Shown here piece after piece: positions 50,780 through 64,000 of a DNA stretch of 64,000 nt. The DNA is from Octopus bimaculoides. Lineage: Eukaryota. A program made the position numbers and the translations under genes. Below the pieces are notes generated by a model. That model ran no database searches. It was not told the origin of the DNA and saw only the letters and a program-made list of their open reading frames with translations. The stretch lies in the NCBI RefSeq assembly GCF_001194135.2, contig NC_068982.1:94283952-94347951 (forward strand). Direction: 5' to 3'. Within the stretch, counting starts at the first letter, position 1, and each line of letters begins with the position of its first letter.

Positions 50780-52760
50780 AGTAAAATTCTAATTCGAAAA
50801 GATTTTAAAATTTATAACAGAAGCACATAATCTGCTGGGAAAACTATACTAATTCTCAAGTTTAAACCAATCTTCAATTTCCAAGATGACGTACCCAGAA
50901 AAACTTACGTAATAATCAATACTAAAAACCTTACAACAGAGCACAGACACAATAAACTTGTGGAAGAACTACCTCATTTCTGAAAATCAGAGGGCCCTGC
51001 AATAAAGACAGTTAAAAACAGCAAAGGTTGCAGAAGAAAAACGAGTCTGCGTATGACATGAATTGACTAGCAGAACCCTATTACCAGAACATGTTCATCA
51101 TGGAAACACTATTCAAGAGTAAAATAGAAATGTTAATAAGAAGATACACGAAACATGTCATGAATAGAAGGAAGACAATTTTGCCAATACAGGTAAAGCA
51201 AATAATTATAAGAATATAAACATTTCCATCAAGAAAGAAATACTCTAAATAAACTCTCTTCTCTCTTTCTGTAAAGCGCGGACATCTTGAACCAACATGC
51301 TAAAACTGACTGAACTCAAGATCAGATGTTATGGTAAGATAATCATCCATCTTTCGTATATTGATGACCTCCAGCTGTATGGTGTAAATGATAAAAATCT
51401 AAAAGCCCTACAGCAGAAACTACATTGATTTATCAGAACAATTTATTGAGATTCGGTTTAGATAAATGCAGCAAAGCAACACTGAAGGGAGGAAGAAATT
51501 AATTAGGAATACTAATATTAAGTTACATATGAGTCAATGAGCTAGGCAGTGTAAAACACACATAAATGGAAGGTAAGTTCAAGACAGTATATTACAGATT
51601 CATTAGCATGATACTTAGACTGTTGCAAATTATAAAGGTAATCAATATCAACAATACACTCAATCAATTCTACTCAGTAACTGCAACACATAACATCAAT
51701 CATACAACGAATACAAAACACCTTCGCCACTCAACGAAAGGGCAAGGCATACACCGTACATATTTCAAATCACAAAGAAATAACTGACACAACACCAGAG
51801 ACAACAATCACAAAGTCATGTAAAACTGTTGCAACTGATGCAGTATAGAATGACTAGTCTACAGCCCTACAAAACAATGCTTCGCACACCCCAGGAACAC
51901 AGAGGTGCACCTGTTGATGTAGTAGAAACTCGCATGAAAGTATCAAAGACAATGAAGAAACAACAGATTTAGACCAAACACAGGCGAACAAATACATAAG
52001 AATTAGTGAATTAGACAGACTACAAAACAGAAATGAAAGAAAATGTTAGAAAGAAATATTATACACACAAATTATTACTTGAAATGGAGTTAAAAGCAAT
52101 GAATACGGAAATAGATATTAATAGACAAGCTCTTACAGTAATAAGTAAGTTATAATGTTTTTAACTGTAGCTAAATGAAATGGAGAGACGAGACAGAAAA
52201 TAATAAAAAGTAAAATAATGTCTGCATTTAGAATATTCCACCTAAAATCTAACAGAGTAAGATTATACTTACCATTAATACAGGGAATTAGGAACCTTAC
52301 GCAACTAGAAAACTATTATAAAATATCGATTATAGAACTAAAAGAATATTTAGCAAGAAACACTTGAAAGTCATTCAAAAATGATCAAATAGTTGCAAAA
52401 CACGAACACATGTAAAACTGTTTTCTATTACGAAAGAAAGCAACAAATAAAAAGCCGTTGTTTTAGTAAGAGGCAGCCGTGAGGAAAGATGAAAAACGAT
52501 AACGAGCATTATGAAAACGCTGAAACCTAAACTATGAAGGAGTCTACAAAGTGCCATACTAAAGCAACGGCAAAAAGGTCCTTACTTGTCCAATGTTTAA
52601 AAAGAAATAGGACGGAATTATATTGAAACAGACTTCAAGAATCAGAGCTGGGACTTAAGGACTCTCGATTGCGGTACAAGATCAATGCCTCTTCACCAAA
52701 TACGCCTTGAACCATGCAATGAGGCAGAATACAGAATATTTAGGTCTCTGATATTATTGT
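50780..52760 (+). mobile_element. Decayed R4/Dong-like LINE
   Basis: IIHLSYIDDLQLYG, FGLDKCSKATLKGG, FHLKSNRVRLYLPL and IAVQDQCLFTK. Confidence 0.7.
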
Positions 52761-52799
52761 ATGCTGTGAGTAGTTCTCTGAAGGAAGAAAATGCGGTTG

Positions 52800-52900
52800 T
52801 TTGAATGCACTCTTTTTTCCAAAGTGCATGAGTTCTAATTTTCCCTCATTTAAGCGTATGTTGCTCTTGTCCGCCGATTGCCCTACGGCACATCAACTAG
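52800..52900 (+). mobile_element. Possible pogo/Tigger transposase fragment
   Basis: FFPKC...KRMLLLSADCPTAH resembles KxLLLxDNxPxH; about 30 codons only. Confidence 0.3.
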
Positions 52901-53203
52901 ACAAGATACAAAATTCTAACATTGGAAGAGAAAGATTATACAATATATTACTACATACTAAGAATAGTATGAATGGTTTAGAAAGATTTTGTATACAAGA
53001 AATAAAAAAAATAGTGTTAATGAAATTAAGAGGACGGTGAACAAATTCATTAAAGAAAATTAACAGAAAAACAAGAAAATTAATTACGAAAAGATTACTA
53101 ATTACTAAAACATTCCCGAGAAAAGAAGACATCAACAGCATTGAAATGACAGCAATGACTTGTACAACTACGAAACATTCTACTGTAGTTATTGCTGATT
53201 TAC

Positions 53204-53282
<79 letters not shown>

Positions 53283-53469
53283 AACATAGCAATAAGAAAA
53301 TGGAGGGATCAAGAGGTGGTATTCATCAAATTTTAGACATTATATTATGTCTATTTATTTTTCTAAAAAACCATTATAACAATATACATACATGTATAGC
53401 TTAATATGCTTTACATATACAATATATAAAAATATCAGTAATTATTAAAATATATAACGTAGATCACAA

Positions 53470-54400
53470 AAGATAGGATAATATATTACAGCTGTTTCAG
53501 CTAAGAGGCCAAAGTACCCCAATCTACTTATATTCATTCAGTGAACTGAAGTATTTGGTAGATAAGATTTAGGTACTTTGATGTGTATCTGGGCTTCGTC
53601 GGAGAGTTTAGAAAGTTCATAAGGTTAAGTTATAAATACAAATACATACACATATACACACATACATATACATACGTAGACATAAACATACATAAACACA
53701 TGCACACATATTTCTATATTTCTATATTCATATGTATATGTATATGCATACCAAGGAATCAATTATTATTATTATCAAATGTATTATATTATTCTCATTA
53801 GATAAAGTATAAGCAGAGGAAGGAGATAGTTACCAAAAGAGAAATAATAATGGAATATAAAAACAATATATCTTAAGATTATTGTAGTTATGTAGGAATT
53901 AAAAAGGTATATAAATGAGGAATACATAAATATATATACATATACATACATACACACGTATGCATACATACACATATATTTACGTACAAGCATAACCATT
54001 TGTACATACATATTACATGTGTTGAGAAGGGAGGATCTTTTCAATAGTTCGTATTTTTCTTTTAATATACTTATAATAATTATACACAAATATATATATA
54101 TATTCATATAAACATTCGATATGTTTTCTGTTGAGGGTTTTAAACAAAGGTCCACTATAAGTGGGTTAGAGTTTATATTAATACCTGTGATATTAGTTGA
54201 TACTAAAAGAAAGAAATTTCCGGGTATTAATCAAGATACTTTATTATTTTCCGTTATTTTTTTATTTATCGAGTAGATTAAATCCTACGGGAAGTGGGGA
54301 GGAGGTTACGGTCAGTCCCATAATCTGATTGGTCATCTATTGTTTTGAAAGACCATGACTTTGTAATGGTTGGTTAATAGATAACAGATAACATAAACAA
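53470..54400 (-). mobile_element. Penelope-like 3' remnant
   Basis: DLCLK...ELLKRSSLLNTC resembles the PLE ORF end CxLCLxEK...LLNKRSEL..KC, followed by microsatellite-rich DNA and a hammerhead-like fold. Confidence 0.55.
53480..53610 (-). ncRNA. Type I hammerhead-like motif with long stem II and palindromic stem III
   Basis: Minus strand: CCGACGA-AGC...GCT-GAAA-CAGCTG-TA. The insert folds through CAAAGTACC/GGTACTTTG, AATCT/AGATT and TTCAGT/ACTGAA. Confidence 0.6.
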
Positions 54401-54461
54401 AACTATATATAATAAAATGTAAGTAAAACAAAAACAAAATGTGGATAAATTTATATATACA

Positions 54462-54529
<68 letters not shown>

Positions 54530-55187
54530 NNNNNNNNNNNNNNNNNNNNNNNNNNNNNNNNNNNNNNNNNNNNNNNNNNNNNNNNNNNNNNNNNNNNNNN
54601 NNNNNNNNNNNNNNNNNNNNNNNNNNNNNNNNNNNNNNNNNNNNNNNNNNNNNNNNNNNNNNNNNNNNNNNNNNNNNNNNNNNNNNNNNNNNNNNNNNNN
54701 NNNNNNNNNNNNNNNNNNNNNNNNNNNNNNNNNNNNNNNNNNNNNNNNNNNNNNNNNNNNNNNNNNNNNNNNNNNNNNNNNNNNNNNNNNNNNNNNNNNN
54801 NNNNNNNNNNNNNNNNNNNNNNNNNNNNNNNNNNNNNNNNNNNNNNNNNNNNNNNNNNNNNNNNNNNNNNNNNNNNNNNNNNNNNNNNNNNNNNNNNNNN
54901 NNNNNNNNNNNNNNNNNNNNNNNNNNNNNNNNNNNNNNNNNNNNNNNNNNNNNNNNNNNNNNNNNNNNNNNNNNNNNNNNNNNNNNNNNNNNNNNNNNNN
55001 NNNNNNNNNNNNNNNNNNNNNNNNNNNNNNNNNNNNNNNNNNNNNNNNNNNNNNNNNNNNNNNNNNNNNNNNNNNNNNNNNNNNNNNNNNNNNNNNNNNN
55101 NNNNNNNNNNNNNNNNNNNNNNNNNNNNNNNNNNNNNNNNNNNNNNNNNNNNNNNNNNNNNNNNNNNNNNNNNNNNNNNNNNNNNNN

Positions 55188-55251
<64 letters not shown>

Positions 55252-55393
55252 ACACATATATATATATATATAACGATACATTTAATAGTTGGCTTATATT
55301 ATATAACGTCTTCGATCAATCATTCATTTTCATTTAACTCAATCGTTACGCCTTACTGTGAAATGTATGCCTGAATGGAAAATATATTAACAG

Positions 55394-55397
55394 ATTA

Positions 55398-55475
<78 letters not shown>

Positions 55476-55558
55476 GTTATTGTTGTTGTTGCTGTTGTTG
55501 ATATTATTATTATTGTTATTGCTATTATTATTATTGTTGTTATTATTATTATTATTAT
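55394..55558. repeat. (TAT)n/(TGT)n compound microsatellite; similar tract at 56520-56650 beyond the gap
   Basis: Directly visible. Confidence 0.95.
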
Positions 55559-56493
55559 NNNNNNNNNNNNNNNNNNNNNNNNNNNNNNNNNNNNNNNNNN
55601 NNNNNNNNNNNNNNNNNNNNNNNNNNNNNNNNNNNNNNNNNNNNNNNNNNNNNNNNNNNNNNNNNNNNNNNNNNNNNNNNNNNNNNNNNNNNNNNNNNNN
55701 NNNNNNNNNNNNNNNNNNNNNNNNNNNNNNNNNNNNNNNNNNNNNNNNNNNNNNNNNNNNNNNNNNNNNNNNNNNNNNNNNNNNNNNNNNNNNNNNNNNN
55801 NNNNNNNNNNNNNNNNNNNNNNNNNNNNNNNNNNNNNNNNNNNNNNNNNNNNNNNNNNNNNNNNNNNNNNNNNNNNNNNNNNNNNNNNNNNNNNNNNNNN
55901 NNNNNNNNNNNNNNNNNNNNNNNNNNNNNNNNNNNNNNNNNNNNNNNNNNNNNNNNNNNNNNNNNNNNNNNNNNNNNNNNNNNNNNNNNNNNNNNNNNNN
56001 NNNNNNNNNNNNNNNNNNNNNNNNNNNNNNNNNNNNNNNNNNNNNNNNNNNNNNNNNNNNNNNNNNNNNNNNNNNNNNNNNNNNNNNNNNNNNNNNNNNN
56101 NNNNNNNNNNNNNNNNNNNNNNNNNNNNNNNNNNNNNNNNNNNNNNNNNNNNNNNNNNNNNNNNNNNNNNNNNNNNNNNNNNNNNNNNNNNNNNNNNNNN
56201 NNNNNNNNNNNNNNNNNNNNNNNNNNNNNNNNNNNNNNNNNNNNNNNNNNNNNNNNNNNNNNNNNNNNNNNNNNNNNNNNNNNNNNNNNNNNNNNNNNNN
56301 NNNNNNNNNNNNNNNNNNNNNNNNNNNNNNNNNNNNNNNNNNNNNNNNNNNNNNNNNNNNNNNNNNNNNNNNNNNNNNNNNNNNNNNNNNNNNNNNNNNN
56401 NNNNNNNNNNNNNNNNNNNNNNNNNNNNNNNNNNNNNNNNNNNNNNNNNNNNNNNNNNNNNNNNNNNNNNNNNNNNNNNNNNNNNNNNNNNNN

Positions 56494-56520
56494 GGACTGG
56501 GCAGCCAGAGATAATTTTTA

Positions 56521-56570
<50 letters not shown>

Positions 56571-56577
56571 GTTATTG

Positions 56578-56645
<68 letters not shown>

Positions 56646-56760
56646 GCAATTATTGCAAGTCCCCTTATGCTGATGAATCGAGTACATTAAAAGCACACAT
56701 TTGTCTGAACACGCCAGCATATTAACATACGAATCTGCCGGAATGTTTTAAGAATGAATA
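56494..56760 (-). mobile_element. R4/Dong-like zinc-finger fragment split by (TAA)n
   Basis: RQMC on one side of the repeat and IISGCPV on the other. Confidence 0.5.
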
Positions 56761-56787
56761 TCTAAATCATTTGTGATATTATTATAG

Positions 56788-56995
56788 TTGTTAAGGTGGT
56801 GAACTGGAAGAATCTTAAGCACGACGGACAAGATGTTTTGTGGTATTCCTTCCAGCTTCATATTCTCAGTTCAAAAGCTTCCGAAGACGACTTTGCTTTT
56901 CACCTTTTCGTGTACTTGGGTCGATGTAATCGACTATCCACCTCCGCTTAATAATTTCAGGCCTTGTGCCTTTAGTAAAAAAGATAATTATAATT
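56788..56995 (+). mobile_element. Degenerate SINE
   Basis: GGTGGTGAACTGGAAGAATC head, GACTTTGCTTTTCACCTTT core, CCTTGTGCCTTTAGTAAAAAAG tail. Confidence 0.75.
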
Positions 56996-57208
56996 AGGCG
57001 CAGGAGTGGCTGTGTGGTAAGTAGCTTGCTTACCAATCACATGGTCCCGGGTTCAGTACCACTGCGTGGCACCTTGGGTAAGTGTCTTCTACTATAGCCT
57101 CGGGCCGACCAAAGCCATGTGAGTGGATTTGGTAGACGGAAACTGGAAGAAGCCCATATATATATATATATATATANNNNNNNNNNNNNNNNNNNNNNNN
57201 NNNNNNNN

Positions 57209-57256
<48 letters not shown>

Positions 57257-57465
57257 TGTGTCTGTTTGTCCCCCCAGCATTGCTTGACAATCGATGCTAG
57301 TGTGTTTATGTCCCCGTCACTTAGCGGTTCGGCAAAAGAGACTGATAAAATAAGTACTAGGCTTACAAAGAATAAATCCCGGGGTCGATTTGCTCGACTA
57401 AAGGCGGTGCTCCAGCATGGTCGCAGTCAAATGACTAAAACAAGTAAAAGAGTAAAAGAAAAGAG
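56996..57465 (+). mobile_element. Full-length tRNA-derived SINE (CORE-like) with internal microsatellite
   Basis: GGCGCAGGAGTGGCTGTGTGGTAAG A-box, GGTTCAGTACC B-box, CCTTGGGTAAGTG core, 3' ATGACTAAAACAAGTAAAAGAG. Confidence 0.92.
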
Positions 57466-59055
57466 TAATAATTGCTGTACTTGTTAGTCGTCGTGATAGC
57501 GGTAGGAGTGGTGGTTTTCATTTTTTGGTCATTAAAGTGCTGATCATAGTATTGGAACCGTAGGGAAATTATTAGAGTTTTTTGGGGTCAGAATTTACCT
57601 CCAGTGATAACCACCAAAGTAATCGAACTGTAAAGATTTTAATTGTTCTCCTCTCTTTCTTCTGATAGTTTACTTTGCAATGTAACTCATTCTTCTAATG
57701 TGAAGATCACTAGGAAAGAAGATATCCTTTACTAATGTAGTGTGGAAGTTGGTCCTAAAATCAGTCCCTTAAGTAGTAGAAAAATAGTTCGTAGATGCCC
57801 GTACGAAATTTTCTTTACTTGTTTTTACTTGCTTGCAATTTTGTCCCTGGACATCCAAAATTCTAGAATACAGTGATGTCTCAAATACACTTAAAGAAAT
57901 CGATATCGATTTACAACATTTTGTATTCAAAGTTTCTTCAAGTATGTACGATATGTAAATATTTCATATTTTATTGTTTCGAAGCATTCATTCGAGTTAA
58001 AAGCGTATAATAAAATGAGAGGTGCGGTATTGATTTCGTTGATGTGAGACATATTCTATACGTGAACTTAATACGGTTTATATGATGTCGAAATGTTTTT
58101 CAAGATCATGAGTTTGCAAATAACGTGATTTCACTTCAATCGGAAATCGAAGTCAATTGAACTCGGCTGATTACCAAGAATTTTATGTTGGCTTAGTGTC
58201 AAAAGGGAAAGCTTTATGTTAACTTATGTTTATGAAATTTATCGTCAGAAATAATTCAGATACTATTGGAGATTCTACTGAATGTTGCTGTGGACTGATA
58301 AAACGTTATCGAAGTCTTGTATAATGTACGGAGAAGGGGACAATTTCATGGGAAAGCAACACCTAAATGAGGAGGATATCTCCTCAATCATTGTCATTGT
58401 AAGCCTTAATAGTCAATTTAAAACGATGTCATCTCTGAACCGTTTCTCGTTTTTGTACTGGCCGAATATAACCAAATACTTCTTTCACAAACCAACGAAA
58501 ATGATATATTGTCGGCTAGCAGAAAACGGTAGGATGCCAGAATGATGTGATAAAATATTTATGATATTAATGTATGTGTGTTGTGTTCAAATGAAACCCC
58601 ACTGTTTAAAATAAACTCAGTGCATTAAAGTTGACATAAGTATTCAGAAATCAAATATACACACATGCTGTGTACACACGGTTCATGTGTTGATAGATTC
58701 TGCAACTTAAAACCCTCAAAAAATTTGTGACTTGTATGCATGTCGTATATACAGTAATTTAAATGTTTACTGACAACTAAAGTTTCACGTTTCAAGCCGT
58801 AGTCTCTTCACTGTCTTCGATTATCAGTTGTATTGTTCATTCAACTCTTGACTATTTTGGAAAAGAGAGGAGTTTACAGCTTGATCAAAACTTTGTCGGC
58901 TTTCGTCCCTCGAACCTTAAATCAATACGTTGGCTTTACACATAAAATACATACATACCTACATACATACATACGAACATACATATATACACACATACAT
59001 TCATACACACATATATACACACAAACATACATACATATATGCATACACATGTGCG

Positions 59056-59089
<34 letters not shown>

Positions 59090-59477
59090 NNNNNNNNNNN
59101 NNNNNNNNNNNNNNNNNNNNNNNNNNNNNNNNNNNNNNNNNNNNNNNNNNNNNNNNNNNNNNNNNNNNNNNNNNNNNNNNNNNNNNNNNNNNNNNNNNNN
59201 NNNNNNNNNNNNNNNNNNNNNNNNNNNNNNNNNNNNNNNNNNNNNNNNNNNNNNNNNNNNNNNNNNNNNNNNNNNNNNNNNNNNNNNNNNNNNNNNNNNN
59301 NNNNNNNNNNNNNNNNNNNNNNNNNNNNNNNNNNNNNNNNNNNNNNNNNNNNNNNNNNNNNNNNNNNNNNNNNNNNNNNNNNNNNNNNNNNNNNNNNNNN
59401 NNNNNNNNNNNNNNNNNNNNNNNNNNNNNNNNNNNNNNNNNNNNNNNNNNNNNNNNNNNNNNNNNNNNNNNNNNNNN

Positions 59478-60880
59478 ATATAGTATTTCAGTTAAAAAAA
59501 CTCTCCTCTCAGACTACGACATGATACTCTGCAATTTCATTTCCCAGCATATCAAAACCAAACCAGCCAATCCCACCCCACGTCACCTATTTGACAACAT
59601 AAACTTCCACAAAGCGGACTGGGGAGCAATCAGAAAGGATCTGTCCTTCATCAATTGGTCTTTCACACACATTTCCACTCACATTGAGACCGCGTGGCAA
59701 CACTTTGAGAACATCGTCACCTATACATGCTCAAAACACGCCCCCATGAAATCCACTAACACAAACAGAAACCGGCTCCCTAAAAAGAAAAAAAAAACAC
59801 TCATCAGGCGCATCAAAAGACTCAATAAAAAACTCAGCCAATTAAAATACTCCTACATACAACATCTACATTCAACAACGATGAAAAGGCTGGAGTTGGA
59901 AAAAACTTCATCTGCAGACCGATATGAAAACCTCCATTGAAAATCAAAGAGCTGCGGAGGAGCAGTGGGTAATCAAAAACATCAAACACAAGCCAAAACT
60001 GTTTTATTCTTATTGCAATTAAGAATAGAACCGCTGTCTCACCCATTGGGCCATTGATTGATGATAACGACATTCCCCGACACGATGCTAAAGAATTGGC
60101 AGAAATACTGCAGAAACAATACTGCTCTGTCTATAGTGATCCCACTGATATTGACGTAAGAGAAGTGAACGAAGTCGATTCCCAACATAAAATCTCGGAC
60201 ATAGCCTTCACTGCTTCAGACATCATAGCAGTAATAAACGAGGTCAAATACTATTCTGCTGTAGGCCCTGATAGATTCTCCGCAAGTCTCCTGAAGGAAT
60301 GTAGACACCAACTTGTAGTCCCTTTGACCAACCTCTGGAGAAATTCTTTAAACTCAGGTTATATATCGAAACAGCTCCTATCCCAGTCTGTCATCGCGGT
60401 TTTCAAACAGGGAAACAGATCTCTTGCAGTCAACTATCGCCCAATATCACTCACCTCCGACATCATTAAAGTGCATCATTTGTACGATATGGAAAATATA
60501 CCGCCAGCATTGCCCAAACGACCTGAACATTAGTTTCAAGTGTCATCCAAGGCTGGGACCACGGATCACAGCAAATAGGTACACTGCGGCATAATTTCTT
60601 TTCCTCAACAGGCCCTGCTCTGTTTAACATTGTTCAGAAACAGATAAAAGAGGAAAAGTATCCTATCAGCTATAAACGGAGTCTAGACAGTTTTCTTCAA
60701 AGAATATCAGACAAACCACCCATACCTGGATACAACTCACTCAATAAGAACTCACTAGTTGAATGGACCATTAAAAAACTTGAGTGTAAAAAAGATTTAG
60801 ATAATCCTATCAGGTGGTGCTATTAAGTTAGACATGGCCTGGACCAATCTTTTGTCGAAACTTATATAAGTTTTTATCTA
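59478..60880 (+). mobile_element. CR1/L2-type LINE with an internal deletion
   Basis: End of APE domain (SDYDMI..NF..ADW..IR..L..INW), KPKLFYSY, SAVGPDRF..LLKEC, NYRPISLTS, then a jump to ORF C-terminal sequence and the 3' UTR. Confidence 0.85.
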
Positions 60881-60882
60881 AG

Positions 60883-60918
<36 letters not shown>

Positions 60919-63085
60919 AAAGAAACAAAGAAACCTTACGTACATATGGGCACATATAGAACTTTTCAGCATAAAATCACAGCCAATTATTATAGCGTAT
61001 ACGTACAAAGTCTGTAATTATATGAACATGCATGCAAATATACGTATATTTTCTTTGAGGGCACATAACTGAGCATACTTGTGTATATTTGTGCGCTTAT
61101 ATATGTATGCGTGTGTGAGTCTGTGTACGTATGAATTTGTGTGTGAATACGTATGTATTTATACATGCCTGTATGTGTGTGCCTCTATGCATTTATGCGT
61201 GCATGTATGTATTTATGAATTTATATTTACGTATTTTTATAAGCACGTCTGTGCGTATACATAATTGCTATATAAATTTACTGGCGATTATATGAATTAT
61301 TTCATTACATTCTCGTTATTTGTCTTTACTTAACTGGGTTAATGGACATATATTGAAAAATATTACGTTATCACGTGATACTCTAATGTATTTTTGGTAG
61401 TTTTGATATCAGTAATGTATTTTCAACTATATAATAAGAAATATTTTGATTTATAATTTAGTATTAACACGCAAAATCCCCTTGTATCACTTATGTTGCT
61501 TTACAGATACAAAATAATCACATATATATTCTACTTTGCGTGTTGAGTTTAACTTATCTTTTTTGAAACACCCTAAATCCCGTCTGTATATAAGCGAAAC
61601 GAGCATACACGCAGTTTTTATTTTTCATATTTCACTAACTTGGCATTTGTTAAAACCATCTTACAATAGAGGGCGTATTTTAGATATCGCACTCGGAGTC
61701 ACTTGGCTGCGAAGCAACTCATTGAACCACCTCGCTATATTTGTGTTCTCCGTGTTTTAGCCTTATCGGAAAAACAGATAACATAGGGTGTGAGAATCGG
61801 CACACACTTGCACAATAACACAAAAACTTTCTGATTTCTGCCAAGATCACCCTGTCTTTTGTCCCGCTTAACTTTATCGACCCCGCTAAGTTGAATTTAA
61901 AAACCTTCCCCTTCCAAATTTGGGTTTTAGCGTGTGTTGGAAACACTATTATGATTGTAGTTATTTAGTCTCAAATTAGTCACGTTCGAGTACACTTATG
62001 ATCAAAGGTCTTCAATCCAGGTTTGTTTTTAATGTTTTTCTATACCAGGGGCTACATTTCCAATCCGTTACCTGGTGACTGTTCTCGCGCAGCTTGAACA
62101 TATAACGGACGAACGATAAAAAAAGATAAGAGACTGTATAAAAGAACAGTTAAATGGTACTGCGAGGTTGGGGGGGGGGCTCGTAAACCATTTCATCCTT
62201 TCATTATAAATATCCCATCACATACTCGTCACTCGTTACATGTACCCCTCGTTTGTGTTGTCTGTACTTGTAATGTCCATTCTATGTGGGGCTTTATGCT
62301 TAAATAAAGATAGTAGTTGAATAGAGGTCATCCGAACGTGCGATATAACAATGGACATAAGAAATTACAATTCGAGAAAACATCTAATAATATTTATTCA
62401 TGACCAACAACTAGTTCTGAACTGTCAACTACTAGTGCTCTTAATTCTCAACAAACGCAGTCTACTCGCTGTATTAGATCGTTTGATGGTGATAAGGAGA
62501 TAAATGCAAACAAGAAGTGAATTACAATCGCATGACCCCCACTGGCAGCATGGCATTATTTCATTTTCTAACTCTGATAAAATATTTGCCACAAATTATA
62601 TTAGTATATCATGCCTATTGAAAGTCTATATTCTTGCAACTAAAGATGGTGCTGTATTTTAAACTGATGTCATGCTTGCATTGTTCAAGTAAACAGAGCC
62701 GCCTGAAACAGTCGTACTGCATTAATACTTTGACATTTTTGTTATTTATTTGATTTTTATTCACCTTACTTCAAGTTGTGCGGATAATACCGGACTGACT
62801 TGGTGTTTCAACTTAAGTACCTAATTCAGCTGAATCTTAATTATTTCTTATGCATATATATATATATGCATNNNNNNNNNNNNNNNNNNNNNNNNNNNNN
62901 NNNNNNNNNNNNNNNNNNNNNNNNNNNNNNNNNNNNNNNNNNNNNNNNNNNNNNNNNNNNNNNNNNNNNNNNNNNNNNNNNNNNNNNNNNNNNNNNNNNN
63001 NNNNNNNNNNNNNNNNNNNNNNNNNNNNNNNNNNNNNNNNNNNNNNNNNNNNNNNNNNNNNNNNNNNNNNNNNNTATATATATAT

Positions 63086-63116
<31 letters not shown>

Positions 63117-63780
63117 AATTATAATCTAATATATATATGAATTAAGGATATAATCATTAAAATGATTATACTAAATAATTATATCAGTGGCTAGCCGCTG
63201 ATAGAGTCATTTTAATAAATATATCCTTAATTTATAGTTATAAATAGTTTTGTAGTTCTCTGGTCAGTATATTATGCTGGGGGTTGTATTTACACAGGAT
63301 GATTTCTGACGTTAACCACATAGTCGAGATGGGCTAGTAGATGGAATGTATACGCGGGAAATACATTTATATATTGATATTTACGAATGGATTTTTCGGT
63401 ATGTATATATATTTCTTGTTTATACGTTTATTAGTATATTTCTACTGAGGATTCCAGAGCATGAAATCTTAAGATATAGAATCAATAATCGCATTCGACC
63501 TAGGGTAATAAAATTAGAGAACTGATTTGGAGTGGATTGTAGGTATTTGGCATGTACTTTTTAGCTGATATTCCAGAGCCCTTAATTATAATTAAGGTAT
63601 TTGAATTTTCAGCTTATCGAATTTCGATATGGGAAAAACATACAGACTTCGACACCAATAAATTAATATCCTTCCAGAACGTTGTCTTTTATACCTACCA
63701 AGGGCTCCGCGATGCTTACAAACTTCGTACACCCTGAACCGTAGATCTTATAATTACACACACACACACACACACACACA

Positions 63781-63857
<77 letters not shown>

Positions 63858-64000
63858 GCGAGTAAAAATAAATACAAAAAAGGTGGGTTTTTTTGTATGA
63901 TTGTGTATAGAGGAATATATTATTTTGCTTAAAAGAGTTCCAACACTGTCTGTTTTTTATGTTTTATTTATATTCCTGCAGAACTAATGTGGGGTATAGA

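Noticed and set aside
58770-58825. Minus-strand GTGAAGAG...GAAACG hammerhead-like motif
   Set aside because: Core mismatched and no convincing stems.
62660-62720. CTGATG...GAAACAGTCGTA hammerhead-like spacing
   Set aside because: Stems I and II cannot be formed and there is no Penelope context.
63540-63760. Short open frames on both strands near the window end
   Set aside because: About 60 codons with competing splice-like sites on both strands; indistinguishable from chance.

Overview
AT-rich, repeat-dense animal genomic DNA from a gapped draft assembly (12 N-runs, nearly all next to microsatellites). The SINE families resemble those I recall from Octopus, so the source is probably an octopus short-read scaffold; this is inference, not a search result. 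No prokaryotic features, CRISPR arrays, rRNA or true tRNA genes are supported. Most of the window is a transposon graveyard: about 15 fragments of restriction-like-endonuclease (RLE) non-LTR retrotransposons of R4/Dong type beside (TAA)n-type repeats, three L1/Tx1 pieces, a CR1-type LINE, two Penelope-like remnants with hammerhead-ribozyme-like folds, a mariner with both TIRs, a Helitron Rep remnant and many tRNA-derived SINEs. The only host-gene signal is a minus-strand, multi-exon candidate at about 10.6-19.7 kb that I cannot assign to a family; it has paralogous 56-nt exons and a duplicated start-codon region. I do not see a clearly new biological system. The best leads are that orphan gene, the microsatellite-targeted LINE nest, the two hammerhead-like RNAs and two pre-miRNA-sized hairpins. 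Element boundaries were read by eye and are approximate unless a TSD, TIR or splice site is quoted.
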